In this document: piece after piece, positions 16,509 to 26,501 of the stretch
Layout of the letters: every line of letters starts with the position of its first letter
Position numbering within the stretch: the stretch's first letter is position 1
Assembly: GCA_009923755.1 (NCBI GenBank)
Contig: RFSW01000003.1
Span: 1-50,594, forward strand
From: Betaproteobacteria bacterium
GTDB lineage: Bacteria > Pseudomonadota > Gammaproteobacteria > Burkholderiales > UBA3065
Length of the DNA: 50,594 nt
Reading direction: 5' to 3'
Position numbers and translations under genes: made by a program
Notes under the pieces: model-generated
The model's input: the letters and a program-made list of their open reading frames with translations, nothing else
What the model was told of the DNA's origin: nothing
The model's database searches: none

Positions 16509-19441
16509 TGGCGAAACGAGCAACGAGCAAAGCGGCCAAGGACAAGAAGGTCGAGGCGCTCACGCATGAGACCGCACGCCGCAAGAACATTCCAACCGCC
16601 GAGCATCAAAGTCTCGCTCAGCGGCAGGAGGAGATCGCGCCCGTCGGTCCGATCCGCTATTCGCGGGTCTATCCGCTGAAGGCCGGTACAGAGCGTCCGC
16701 GCGACAAGGATCTCGATCCGCAGATCATCTGGAACGGCGCGCGCATCCGCCTCTCCAAGGACCAGATCCGCCAACTTCAGGAGAAAGGCGAGGTCGAGAT
16801 CGGTGACGCCCAGCTCGTCTGGCGGGGCAAGGACAACCAAGACTGGTCCGACCTCGTGGTCACTGCGCCGCCGCTCTACATTCAGGAGAAGGTGCATCCG
16901 AAGGCGATCATCGACGACCTCGTACGGCAGTCGCAGCAGGCCAAAGCCGATAACGACGACATGCCGGACCTGTTCGCCGACTTCAACGGCCTGGCGGACC
17001 CGGAGGCCCGGACGGAATTCTACCAGCACAGCCAGCACTGGTCGAACCGCATGATCCTGGGCGACAGCCTGCAGGTGATGGCGAGCCTCGCCGAACGCGA
17101 GCATCTGCGCGGTCAGGTGCAATGCATCTATTTCGATCCGCCGTACGGCATCAAGTTCAACTCGAACTGGCAGGTCTCGACGCTCAGCCGCGACGTCAAA
17201 GACGGCAAGCAGACCGACATCAGCCGAGAGCCCGAGCAGGTAAAGGCCTTCCGCGACACCTGGAAGGACGGGATACACTCGTATCTCACGTACCTCCGCG
17301 ATCGTCTCACTGTGGCGCGCGACCTGCTGCACGACAGCGGGAGCATCTTCGTGCAGATCGGTGACGAGAACGTTCACCGTGTGCGCGCTCTGATGGATGA
17401 GGTGTTTGGTCCGGAAAACATCTGCTCGCAGATTACAGTAGTAAAAACAGCCTCAGCAACCTCAGAGCATTTGGCGGGCGTTTCCGACCACATCCTTTGG
17501 TATGCTCGCGACATCAGTCGTCTGAAATTTAGGCCCGTTTACAACTTAAAGCAGGTAGGTGGCGCCGGCAGCGGTCAATACACGCGACTGCAACTCCCGG
17601 ACGGCGTAAGAAGAAGTCTCACGAAAGCAGAATTAGCCGGGGACGAGCTTCCCTCTGGAAGTAAAGTATTCCGGCTGGACAACATGACTAGCCAGCGCCC
17701 ACCGGGCGACTTCCCTGTAGCAATCGCAGGGCGAGAAATTCGTCCTTCTAAAGGTTATTGGAAGACAGGCGAAGTAGGAATGCCGCGCCTCGGTCGCGCG
17801 GCTCGCCTTGAACTGGTAGGCAACACTCTCACCTACGTTCGCTTCATCGACGACTTCAGAGTCTTCCCGATAAATAATGTATGGACCGATACCGGAGCTT
17901 CCGGATTCGGTGATGACAAGCTCTATGTTGTCCAAACGATCGCCAAAATCGTCGAACGCTGCATCTTAATGGCGACCGATCCCGGTGATCTGGTTCTTGA
18001 TCCAACCTGTGGTTCTGGCACGACAGCGACCGTCGCGGAACAATGGGGACGTCGTTGGATCACGATCGACACGTCGCGCGTCGCGCTCGCCCTTGCCCGG
18101 ACGCGGCTCATGAGTGCGCGCTATCCTTTCTACTTGCTGGCCGATAGCAGGGAGGGGCGTGCCAAAGAACAAGACGTCTCAGGCAAAATCCAGCCCGATA
18201 CGCCCATTCACGGCGACATCCGGCAGGGCTTCGTCTACGAGCGCGCCCCGCACATCACGCTCAAGTCCATCGCCAACAACGCCGAAATCGACGTCATCTG
18301 GGAGGAGGCCCAGAAGACCCTCGAGCCGCTCCGCGCCGATCTCAACAAGGCGGTCGGCAAGACGTGGGAGGAATGGGAGATCCCGCGGGAAGCCGATCCC
18401 AAGTGGTCGGCGTCAGCCCAGGAATTACACGCGGCCTGGTGGGAGGCCTGGATCGAGCGTCAAAGGAAGATCGACGCCTCGATCGCCAAAGCCGCCGACG
18501 TCGAGATGCTCTACGACCGGCCCTACGAGGATAGAAGCCGCGTTCGCGTCGCCGGGCCCTTCACCGTCGAGAGCCTGTCACCGCACCGCGTCGTGCCGGC
18601 CGACGACGACATGCTCGCCGAGGAAATGAAGGCCGCTGATGGCAATCGGCGACGCTCCAAGATCATGGCGCCTCCGACGGATTTTGCGCAGATGGTGCTC
18701 GAGCATTTGCGCACCGCCGGCGTGCATCAGGCCGAGAAACGCGACACCATCAGGTTCACGTCGCTAACAGGTTGGCCCGGAGAGTACATTTGCGCCGAAG
18801 CGCACTTCCTCGAAGGGGAGACGCAGCGCCGGGCTGCTGTGTTTCTCGGCCCGGAATTCGGCACGCTGTCCCGCGTCGATCTGGTCGCCGCCGCACGCGA
18901 AGCCACCGAGGCGCGCTTCGACGTGCTGATCGCCTGTTCCTTCAATTTCGACGCTCATGCCTCGGAGCTGACCAGGCTCGGTCCCTTGCCGATCCTGAAG
19001 GCCAAGATGAATCCCGATCTGCACATGGCCGACGAGCTCAAGAACACGGGCAAGGGCAACCTGTTCGTCGTGTTCGGCGAGCCCGACATCGACATCCTCG
19101 ATCAGGGTAACGAGACGATCGTCGTGAAGGTCAACGGTATCGACGTGTTCGATCCCAACACCGGACAGATCCGCTCCAACGACGTCAAGGGTATCGCTGC
19201 CTGGTTCATCGACACCGACTACAACGAGGAGAGCTTCTTCGTCCGCCATGCCTATTTCCTCGGCGCGAACGATCCCTACAAGTCGCTCAAGACCGCCTTG
19301 CGCGCCGAGATCAATCCTGAAGCCTGGGAGGCGCTCTATCGCGACACCTCCCGTCCATTTGCGCGGCCGTCGACCGGGCGCATCGCGGTCAAGGTCATCA
19401 ACCACTTCGGCGACGAGGTGATGAAGGTCTATCAGGTCTGA
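16508..19441 (+). CDS. mod: type III modification methyltransferase (amino-MTase, beta class)
   Basis: YFDPPY, then TRD, then VLDPTCGSGTT. Confidence 0.93.
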   Translation: MAKRATSKAAKDKKVEALTHETARRKNIPTAEHQSLAQRQEEIAPVGPIRYSRVYPLKAGTERPRDKDLDPQIIWNGARIRLSKDQIRQLQEKGEVEIGDAQLVWRGKDNQDWSDLVVTAPPLYIQEKVHPKAIIDDLVRQSQQAKADNDDMPDLFADFNGLADPEARTEFYQHSQHWSNRMILGDSLQVMASLAEREHLRGQVQCIYFDPPYGIKFNSNWQVSTLSRDVKDGKQTDISREPEQVKAFRDTWKDGIHSYLTYLRDRLTVARDLLHDSGSIFVQIGDENVHRVRALMDEVFGPENICSQITVVKTASATSEHLAGVSDHILWYARDISRLKFRPVYNLKQVGGAGSGQYTRLQLPDGVRRSLTKAELAGDELPSGSKVFRLDNMTSQRPPGDFPVAIAGREIRPSKGYWKTGEVGMPRLGRAARLELVGNTLTYVRFIDDFRVFPINNVWTDTGASGFGDDKLYVVQTIAKIVERCILMATDPGDLVLDPTCGSGTTATVAEQWGRRWITIDTSRVALALARTRLMSARYPFYLLADSREGRAKEQDVSGKIQPDTPIHGDIRQGFVYERAPHITLKSIANNAEIDVIWEEAQKTLEPLRADLNKAVGKTWEEWEIPREADPKWSASAQELHAAWWEAWIERQRKIDASIAKAADVEMLYDRPYEDRSRVRVAGPFTVESLSPHRVVPADDDMLAEEMKAADGNRRRSKIMAPPTDFAQMVLEHLRTAGVHQAEKRDTIRFTSLTGWPGEYICAEAHFLEGETQRRAAVFLGPEFGTLSRVDLVAAAREATEARFDVLIACSFNFDAHASELTRLGPLPILKAKMNPDLHMADELKNTGKGNLFVVFGEPDIDILDQGNETIVVKVNGIDVFDPNTGQIRSNDVKGIAAWFIDTDYNEESFFVRHAYFLGANDPYKSLKTALRAEINPEAWEALYRDTSRPFARPSTGRIAVKVINHFGDEVMKVYQV

Positions 19442-19443
19442 CG

Positions 19444-19863
19444 ATGAAGAAATCCAGCCAAGCCCCAACTGCACGTTGGACCGCCGGTCTTCTGGAAGCG
19501 CGTGCGCTGACCGTACGGCAGCCCTGGGCTTGGCTTATCGTCAACGGCTTCAAAGATATAGAAAACCGGGGCCGGCGGACACACTACCGTGGGCCCGTCC
19601 TGATCCACGCCGGACTGAACACGGATGAATTCAATGACGAGACCGCTGCGCGGATCTCGAAAAAATACGGCGTCGATATTCCGGAAACCTTGGAGTTTGG
19701 TGGCATCGTCGGAATCGCAGACATCGTCAGCTGTCACGATCGACATTCCTCGCCCTGGTATGTTCCAGGCAACTTCGCGTGGGAGCTCGCCAATCCCCGC
19801 CGATTGAGCTTTCGTGCCTGCACCGGAGCGCTCGGCTTGTTCAAGCCACACCTCGAGCCATGA
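19444..19863 (+). CDS. ASCH domain protein
   Basis: ALTVRQPWAWLIVNG.KDIENR...T.YRGP.LIHA. Confidence 0.9.
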   Translation: MKKSSQAPTARWTAGLLEARALTVRQPWAWLIVNGFKDIENRGRRTHYRGPVLIHAGLNTDEFNDETAARISKKYGVDIPETLEFGGIVGIADIVSCHDRHSSPWYVPGNFAWELANPRRLSFRACTGALGLFKPHLEP

Positions 19864-19935
19864 GAGGCTTCCGCAACTGACGTTTGATCGCTTCACTGTT
19901 CGACGGATGGCACGACAAAGTCCGGGAGCTGTTGG

Positions 19936-22062
19936 ATGGAATTCCGCATCGCAGACACCTTCACGAGCGCGCTCGGCAAGCTCTCCCGCGACGAGCAGAA
20001 GGCGGTCAAGACCTCGGCCTTCGATTTGCAGACGAACCCGACCAATCCGGGCCTCCAGCTTCACCGCATCGAAGCCTCGAAAGATCCCAATTTCTGGTCT
20101 GTTCGGGTCAACCGTGACATCCGCATCATCGTCCACAAGACGGCCCAGAGCTTCCTGCTCGCCTATGTCGATCATCACGACGATGCCTACAAATGGGCGG
20201 AGCGTCGGCGTATCGAGGCGCACCCGAAGACCGGCGCCATCCAGATCGTCGAGCTGCGCGAGCGCGTCTTGGAGCTGCCTCCACGACGTCCACAGCAACA
20301 GCCTCTCGATCTTCCGCGACCCGACGAGCTGCCGCTTTCCTCTTCTCGTTCGGCCAAATCACGTCAGCCCGCGCCAGTGCAGCCCTTTTTGGGCCTGTCG
20401 CGCGACGATCTCCTCTCGGTCGGTGTGCCGGAGGACTGGCTTTCCGACATTACGACAGCCACCGAGGACGCCTTCCTCGATCTCGCGCCCCACCTACCCG
20501 CGGAGGCCTCCGAGGCGCTGCTCGAGTACGTGGCGAGCGGCACCCTCAAGGCGCCGGCCCCAGTGGTCGTGGCCGACCCGTTTGCCCACCCGGACGCCCT
20601 GCGCCGCTTCCGTGTCGTCGACAATATCGAGGAGCTCGAGCAGGCCCTCTCCTATCCATGGGATCGATGGATCGTCTTTCTCCATCCCTCGCAGCGCGAC
20701 CTCGTCGAAAGGTCGTTCGCGGGTCCCGCTCGCGTCGCGGGCTCCGCCGGTACCGGCAAGACCGTAGTTGCCCTTCATCGCGCCCGCCGCCTCGCCAAAG
20801 ACCCGCAGGCGCGGGTGTTGCTCACGACCTTCTCAGAGCCACTCGCCTTTGCGCTCGAACGCAAACTGCAGATCCTGGCCGGCGAGCACGCCGAGATCGT
20901 ACCGCGCATCACGGTCGCGTCGTTCGATGGCATCGCAAGGGAACTCTACCAGCTTGTCCATGGCGGCAAGCCGGCACTCGCGCCCGACGACCTCGTGCGC
21001 CGCCTGCTGCTCAAGGCGGCAGAGGGCCGAGGAAGCCCCACTCTCACGGAGCGTTTCCTCGTCTCCGAATGGACCCATGTCGTCGATGCCTGGCAGATCA
21101 AGACTGCGTCCCAATATGCCGAAGTACCGCGGCTTGGCCGCAAGAATCGCATGGGTGCCAAACAACGGGACCGGTTGTGGCCGGTCTTCGAGCAGGTGCT
21201 CTCCGAGCTCGCGACGCGGGGCTTCGAGACCCAGGCGAGTGTCTTCGATGCTCTGACAGCGCACTACGCGGCGAGAAGCGAGAAACCGTTCACCCACGTC
21301 GTCGTCGACGAGGCCCAGGATCTCGGCGTCCCGGAGCTCAAATTCCTCCGCGCCATCGCACCTCAAGGAACCGATACGCTGTTTTTTGCGGGCGACCTCG
21401 GGCAGCGGATCTTCCAGCAGCCTTTCTCCTGGAAGGGCCTCGGCGTGGACGTCCAGGGCCGGTCCTCGACACTCAAGGTCAACTACCGGACTTCACACCA
21501 GATTCGCGAGGCAGCCGACCGCCTGTTCTCCGGCGCCATCGCCGATGTCGACGGCCGCCAGGAGGATCGTCGCGGAACCGTCTCGGTGTTCAACGGACCG
21601 AAGCCCGTCGTCTCGTTGCACGACACGCCGGACGAAGAAACCGCCGCCGTGGCCGCCTTCATCACATCGGCCCTGATCGACGGCACCAAGCCCGAGGAGA
21701 TCGGGCTGTTCGTTCGCACACGCGAGGCCATGCCCCGGGCTCGTGCAGCAGCGGCGCTTGCCGGTCTGGCCGTGGCCGAGCTGACGCCGCGCAAGGAAGG
21801 ACCCGTCAGTGCGATCCGCATCGGCATCATGCATCTCGCCAAAGGGCTCGAGTTCAAGGCCGTGGCGGTGATGGCCTGCGACGAGAACCTTCTTCCGCTG
21901 CAGGAGCGGATCGCGTCGGTCGCAGACGAGGTCGACCTGGACGACGTCTATGCGACGGAGCGACAACTTTTCTATGTTGCGTGCACGCGCGCCCGCGACC
22001 GCCTGCTCGTTACCGCCCTGAGACCCGGCTCGGAGTTCCTCGGGGATCTGTCTCCGGCTTAG
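19936..22062 (+). CDS. UvrD/SF1 helicase with N-terminal RelE-like domain
   Basis: GSAGTGKT, DEAQD, NYRT, AKGLEF, YVACTRAR; N-terminal 'F...L.KL...Q...WS.RVN.D.RII'. Confidence 0.9.
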   Translation: MEFRIADTFTSALGKLSRDEQKAVKTSAFDLQTNPTNPGLQLHRIEASKDPNFWSVRVNRDIRIIVHKTAQSFLLAYVDHHDDAYKWAERRRIEAHPKTGAIQIVELRERVLELPPRRPQQQPLDLPRPDELPLSSSRSAKSRQPAPVQPFLGLSRDDLLSVGVPEDWLSDITTATEDAFLDLAPHLPAEASEALLEYVASGTLKAPAPVVVADPFAHPDALRRFRVVDNIEELEQALSYPWDRWIVFLHPSQRDLVERSFAGPARVAGSAGTGKTVVALHRARRLAKDPQARVLLTTFSEPLAFALERKLQILAGEHAEIVPRITVASFDGIARELYQLVHGGKPALAPDDLVRRLLLKAAEGRGSPTLTERFLVSEWTHVVDAWQIKTASQYAEVPRLGRKNRMGAKQRDRLWPVFEQVLSELATRGFETQASVFDALTAHYAARSEKPFTHVVVDEAQDLGVPELKFLRAIAPQGTDTLFFAGDLGQRIFQQPFSWKGLGVDVQGRSSTLKVNYRTSHQIREAADRLFSGAIADVDGRQEDRRGTVSVFNGPKPVVSLHDTPDEETAAVAAFITSALIDGTKPEEIGLFVRTREAMPRARAAAALAGLAVAELTPRKEGPVSAIRIGIMHLAKGLEFKAVAVMACDENLLPLQERIASVADEVDLDDVYATERQLFYVACTRARDRLLVTALRPGSEFLGDLSPA

Positions 22063-22070
22063 GCGGTTAC

Positions 22071-23525
22071 CTACGCGACCTGCCGACCCGAATACCACTC
22101 CGGACCGATCACAACAAAGAAGCGCTCACTTCGGCCCGCATAGGTGCCGGTTCGCGTGTTGATGAGGAAAGCCTCCACCCAGTGCGCGCCGAGGTACAAA
22201 GTCTGTTCCCACCGCGACCCGTCGGAATCGCTGCTCTCGAACTGGCCCCTCAGTCCGTTCTGCGCAGCCGCTTCCTCCCCGGAGTTTACGACACGCCATT
22301 TGATCTGCCAGCCTGAGGGAATGCCTGAGGGCACGCGTGCCGAGAACCGCAACCATATACCCTTCGGCAGTACCACGCCCGAGGTGAAAGGGCGGATCGG
22401 TACGCCTCCGCGCTGTGCGTAAGCCGTCGCAGAGACCTCAACGCGCAACTGTCCAGATTTCGGCCAAGGCGGGCGGCTCACGTACGGCAGGTTGGCCGGA
22501 ATGCGTTCCAGGAGCGCCGGACCATGGCGGGACACCGCCGCCACCAGATCGGCACTCACGGATCGTGCCGCCTTCAGAACGACACCGGCGACGGAGGTCG
22601 CCTTCCCCACGACCTCGCTCTTGGCAAAGTCATCCCCGAAAACGCGTCGCCATTTCGCGATGCTCTCGTCGCGGTCGTTCTCGTTGTACGCGTCGTCGAT
22701 CCACAGCCGGTACTGTCGGATCTTGTCTCGGAAGTTGTCGTATGTCGCCTGATCCCAGTGCCTGTTGAAGTCCTCGCTCCGTAGCGCCGGATTTGTCACC
22801 GTCGGCATCAGCGGCCGGGCCTGCAGCCAGTCGTCGAGCAAACCGAAAATGGTTCTGAAAGCCGTGGGAACATCGGGATAGTAGAGGTCGCGTACTGTCG
22901 CATGCCAATCCTCCACCCGCTCGCCAAGCAGCGTGGCAAGCAGCACCGACTTCGCCGAGAACGTCCCCTTGATGTCCCGGAGATACTTGAAGAGCCGAGT
23001 CGTCTTCCGCAGCGCGTCGTTCCCGGCCACGATATTGCGACCCGCGAACCACTCCGCAAATCCCTCGCCGTCGGTCAGCTCGTAGGTATTCACTGCACGG
23101 TTGCACACCGCGTACCAGACATGGTTGTCGCGCTTCAACCGGATACAGACGACAAGATCGAGATGGAAATCGTTCGCGTAGTCGAGCGTCACGCAGCGTG
23201 TGTTACGCGTGGCGAGCGACTTGTACCGATCGCTGTCGCGAAACACCCGGTAGAGATCATCGATGTAGTCGCGCGGCTCCCATCCTTCGACGGAATCGAC
23301 GAGCACCAGCAGATCTGCATCGAAGTCCTTGCCGTTTGGCGGCTTGATGATCGTTTTGACCGCCCATGACCCCTGCCGCGAATAGCGCAGAATGCGAGCC
23401 CCGAAATCGCTGTTCGACAGGAAGTCCTCGATCGCATCGACACGGGCTTCGAGCAGGTCGATGCGGGTTGCGTTGAGGTTGACGACATCCCGCAGGAACG
23501 TCTCGAAATGCCCGACGAGCTTCAT
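22071..23525 (-). CDS. CBASS CD-NTase (SMODS nucleotidyltransferase) with C-terminal AGS-C-like domain
   Basis: QGSW...T.IKP...DFDAD, DLV, V.NP....EDF; tail 'W.VVNSG.EA.....LRG.F....E.T.Y.G.H.VE.F'; ATGA-coupled to capV. Confidence 0.88.
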   Translation of the reverse strand: MKLVGHFETFLRDVVNLNATRIDLLEARVDAIEDFLSNSDFGARILRYSRQGSWAVKTIIKPPNGKDFDADLLVLVDSVEGWEPRDYIDDLYRVFRDSDRYKSLATRNTRCVTLDYANDFHLDLVVCIRLKRDNHVWYAVCNRAVNTYELTDGEGFAEWFAGRNIVAGNDALRKTTRLFKYLRDIKGTFSAKSVLLATLLGERVEDWHATVRDLYYPDVPTAFRTIFGLLDDWLQARPLMPTVTNPALRSEDFNRHWDQATYDNFRDKIRQYRLWIDDAYNENDRDESIAKWRRVFGDDFAKSEVVGKATSVAGVVLKAARSVSADLVAAVSRHGPALLERIPANLPYVSRPPWPKSGQLRVEVSATAYAQRGGVPIRPFTSGVVLPKGIWLRFSARVPSGIPSGWQIKWRVVNSGEEAAAQNGLRGQFESSDSDGSRWEQTLYLGAHWVEAFLINTRTGTYAGRSERFFVVIGPEWYSGRQVA

Positions 23526-24532
23526 GCCTCCCTCCTGTCCGGCAACACGTAGCAAGGAACGAACGGCGCCGCCGGCTTCTCGAAGAAGACCCGCTGCAGA
23601 ACCGGAAACTGCTCGCGCGCCGTCGAGAACCCGAGCCCCTTGAGCTCGCCGATGACGCCCGCATCGTCCATGGCGTAGAGGTTCTCGGGCACCACATGGT
23701 CGATGCGGTAGATCGCAGTGCGGCTATGCGGATGACCCGTCAGCAGCATCGCGGTGCCCATCGACGACTTCGACTGGCCGTCCATCAGCAGCTTGATGGC
23801 CCGCACGCCAAGTGTGCCGATGCCGGCCGCTTTCGGAATCCGATACGTCTCCTCCAGGCACCCGAGGCTCAAAACGTCGAGTTCCTCTCCTTTCCACCCG
23901 AGCACTCCGACCGCCTCGATCACCGCCGGACCGACGGGATTGTTGGCCCACACCCCGCCGTCAACCAATCCGACGTCATTGGCCGTGATGTGCTCCCGGA
24001 AGAAAGTCGGCGCCGATGCCGTTGCAAGCGCCACATCCACCGCGCGATCGCAATAGTCCGTCAGAAGACGAGGATGATGCGCCGTCTTGTAAACGTAGAG
24101 ATTGCGAGCCGTCGGGTTCCACGCCGGGATCATGAGCCGCGTGCCCGACTCACCGAGCTGCCGAGCACCCAGCACGTCCTCGAGGGCAGACCGCAATCCC
24201 TCGGAGCCATATTTCGGGCGCACCAGTCGGCGCAACCCGCGTACCTTGCCGAGCGCGTAATCCACGAACGCGCCTCGCCCCTGACCGAAAATCACCGGTC
24301 CCCGCTCCGTATAAAGCCCGAGGATCTGACGCGCAGTCAGCCCAAGGCCAAGACCGAGAGCAATGATCCCGCCCCCCGAGGTCCCCGCGATCAAATCAAA
24401 ATACTGGCCGAGCGGTTTTCCGACCTTCTCCTCGATGGCCGCCAACACCGAAGCCGGATAGGTCGACAGCAAGCCGCCGCCGTCGATGCTCAAAATGCGC
24501 CGGACCTGCCCCGGCGATGGTTCGCCCGTCAT
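23522..24532 (-). CDS. capV: CBASS patatin-like phospholipase effector
   Basis: ILSIDGGG, FDLIAGTSGG, ATASAPTFF, VDGGVWANNP; directly upstream of CD-NTase. Confidence 0.9.
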   Translation of the reverse strand: MTGEPSPGQVRRILSIDGGGLLSTYPASVLAAIEEKVGKPLGQYFDLIAGTSGGGIIALGLGLGLTARQILGLYTERGPVIFGQGRGAFVDYALGKVRGLRRLVRPKYGSEGLRSALEDVLGARQLGESGTRLMIPAWNPTARNLYVYKTAHHPRLLTDYCDRAVDVALATASAPTFFREHITANDVGLVDGGVWANNPVGPAVIEAVGVLGWKGEELDVLSLGCLEETYRIPKAAGIGTLGVRAIKLLMDGQSKSSMGTAMLLTGHPHSRTAIYRIDHVVPENLYAMDDAGVIGELKGLGFSTAREQFPVLQRVFFEKPAAPFVPCYVLPDRREA

Positions 24533-24611
24533 GATCTACCCCCGAACCACGTGCACACGTCGCCCGCTCTGTTGACCAATCTGGGGGGTGCCGAGGCACC
24601 GATCAAGGGGA

Positions 24612-24651
24612 TTGCTTTACAAAATTTGTGTATGATATGATGTTTTGTAAA
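24612..24651 (+). promoter_or_regulatory. divergent promoter region with tttacaaaa/ttttgtaaa inverted repeat
   Basis: TTGCTT-18-TATGAT with extended -10 TG; IR at 24616-24624 and 24643-24651. Confidence 0.6.
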
Positions 24652-24675
24652 CCGCGAGATTGATCGGAGATAGCC

Positions 24676-25749
24676 ATGATTGGCGCACGGTTGAAGACGG
24701 CTCGCGCGGCGTCTGGGTTGTCGTTGCGTGAACTTGAGCATCGAATTGGAAAGCGCGTCACAGCGCAGATGATCGGCAAATACGAGCGCGACGAGACGAT
24801 GCCGTCGTCCGACGTGCTGATGGTGCTTGCCGAGGCGCTCGGCGTGTCAGAAGAGTTCCTCCTCTCCGATGGCAATCTCGCGCTCGAAATGGTCGAGTTT
24901 CGCAAGAAAGCTGCCACGTCGGTGCGCGAGCAGGCCCAGCTCGAAGGTCAGACGTTGCACTTGCTCTCGCGTTATCTCGCCATCGAAGGCGTCCTTGGCT
25001 TGTCGAGCATCTGGGACAAGCCCAGGGAGGCCCCTTATCCAATTTCCGCGGTTGCCGACGCCGAGAGTGCGGCGAACGCCGTGCGCATCCATTGGGGCCT
25101 CGGTGTCGACCCTATCCCCTGCATTGTCGAGCTCTTCGAGGAACGCGGCGTCAAGGTGCTGTCCGTGCCCCTCTCCGACATCTCCGGCATGACGGCCAAG
25201 GTGCGTCGGGTGGCCGGCGAGCCGGTGCCCGTCGTCGTCGTCAGCCACAGCGACTGGTCCGAGCGCAAGCGGTTCACGCTTGCCCATGAGCTCGGCCACA
25301 TGGTCATGGATACGTCCTCGCTCGGCAGCGAGAAAGACGCTGAGCGCGCCGCTCACCGCTTCGCAGGCGCGTTTCTCATGCCAGCCGAAGCCCTCTGGCG
25401 GGAGATCGGCAAACGCCGCTCCTCCATCAGCCTCGGCGAGCTGTTGAGCCTGAAGCACCTCTTTGGCGCGAGCTTCCAGGCCATCACCTATCGTTGCCGA
25501 GACCTTGGCCTGATCAACGATCACCTCTTCCGCCGGCTCTTCCAGGAGTTCGGCAAGCGTGGCTGGCGCTCGGCCCCCTTCAAAGAGCCCGGCGCCATCG
25601 ATCCATCCGAGGAGCAACCCCGCCGCCTCGAGCGGTTGAGCTACCGTGCCCTGGCTGAGGGCCTCATCGGGGAAGCGCGTGCCGCCGAGATCATCGGCAT
25701 CTCCGTGCGCGATCTCAACGCACGCATGGACGCGGCGAGCACGAGCTGA
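24676..25749 (+). CDS. XRE-HTH plus ImmA/IrrE Zn-metallopeptidase fusion (RmrA-like / CapH-CapP-like)
   Basis: N-terminal XRE HTH; RFTLAHELGH and E..A..FA..FLMP. Confidence 0.92.
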   Translation: MIGARLKTARAASGLSLRELEHRIGKRVTAQMIGKYERDETMPSSDVLMVLAEALGVSEEFLLSDGNLALEMVEFRKKAATSVREQAQLEGQTLHLLSRYLAIEGVLGLSSIWDKPREAPYPISAVADAESAANAVRIHWGLGVDPIPCIVELFEERGVKVLSVPLSDISGMTAKVRRVAGEPVPVVVVSHSDWSERKRFTLAHELGHMVMDTSSLGSEKDAERAAHRFAGAFLMPAEALWREIGKRRSSISLGELLSLKHLFGASFQAITYRCRDLGLINDHLFRRLFQEFGKRGWRSAPFKEPGAIDPSEEQPRRLERLSYRALAEGLIGEARAAEIIGISVRDLNARMDAASTS

Positions 25750-25753
25750 CGCC

Positions 25754-26245
25754 ATGGTGGTCCTCGTCTCGGATACCTCTGTTCTCATCGATCTGGAGCG
25801 GGGCAATTTGCTCGAGACCACGTTCGATCTTCCGTTCGAGTTCGTGGTACCCGACCTGCTCTACCGTCGCGAGCTACAGGCCTACAATGGCCCGCATCTG
25901 CTCTCGCTCGGCCTGCGGGTCGAGACCCTCTCCGAGACCGAGGTCTCGACCGCGACCGTTGCGCTCAGGGCCGAGCCGCGCCTGTCAACGCCGGACGCGT
26001 TCTCATTCGCACTCGCCCGGAGCCGGAACTGGCTCTTGCTGACTGGAGACGGCCCCCTGCGCTCCCTCGCCGGCCAGCATGGCCTTCGCCATCACGGGGT
26101 CCTGTGGATGCTCGATCAGATCGAGGGTCATGCACTCCTCGGTGCGGACGCGCTCCACGCCTCGCTGTCCCGGCTCATCGCCCATCCAAGGTGTCGTTTG
26201 CCGGCAATCGAGGTCAAGGAGCGCCTCCGGCGATGGCAGTCCTGA
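25754..26245 (+). CDS. PIN-domain protein (putative toxin)
   Basis: VSDTSVLID, LS..D, LLTGD..LR; 4 bp after the peptidase gene. Confidence 0.85.
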   Translation: MVVLVSDTSVLIDLERGNLLETTFDLPFEFVVPDLLYRRELQAYNGPHLLSLGLRVETLSETEVSTATVALRAEPRLSTPDAFSFALARSRNWLLLTGDGPLRSLAGQHGLRHHGVLWMLDQIEGHALLGADALHASLSRLIAHPRCRLPAIEVKERLRRWQS

Positions 26246-26302
26246 TCGCCGTTCGCCTCGAGCCGCACCGGCGAGGTGGGGAATCTCGTCTGTCTTCGAT
26301 CT

Positions 26303-26501
26303 GTGTTCGAGATCCGCGCGGTCTCGTGTGATGCCGACTGTGCGCCGGGTCGCGAACGCTTCAAGGGCGTTGCCCTCGGCTTCGGCTGCGCCGGCCGCCT
26401 CGCCCGTTCCGGTCTTCGGTTCCGCATCCGCTAGGAGCCCGTCGCCTTCGTCCGGCATCGAGACCGCAATCACGCGGGCCTCGAAACACGAAGGATCTGA
26501 C
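26303..26501 (+). repeat. hairpin leader family A, copy 1 (upstream of parB-like gene)
   Basis: 28-bp (26372-26399) and 19-bp (26450-26468) blocks identical to the ardC leader; self-complementary ends. Confidence 0.85.
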
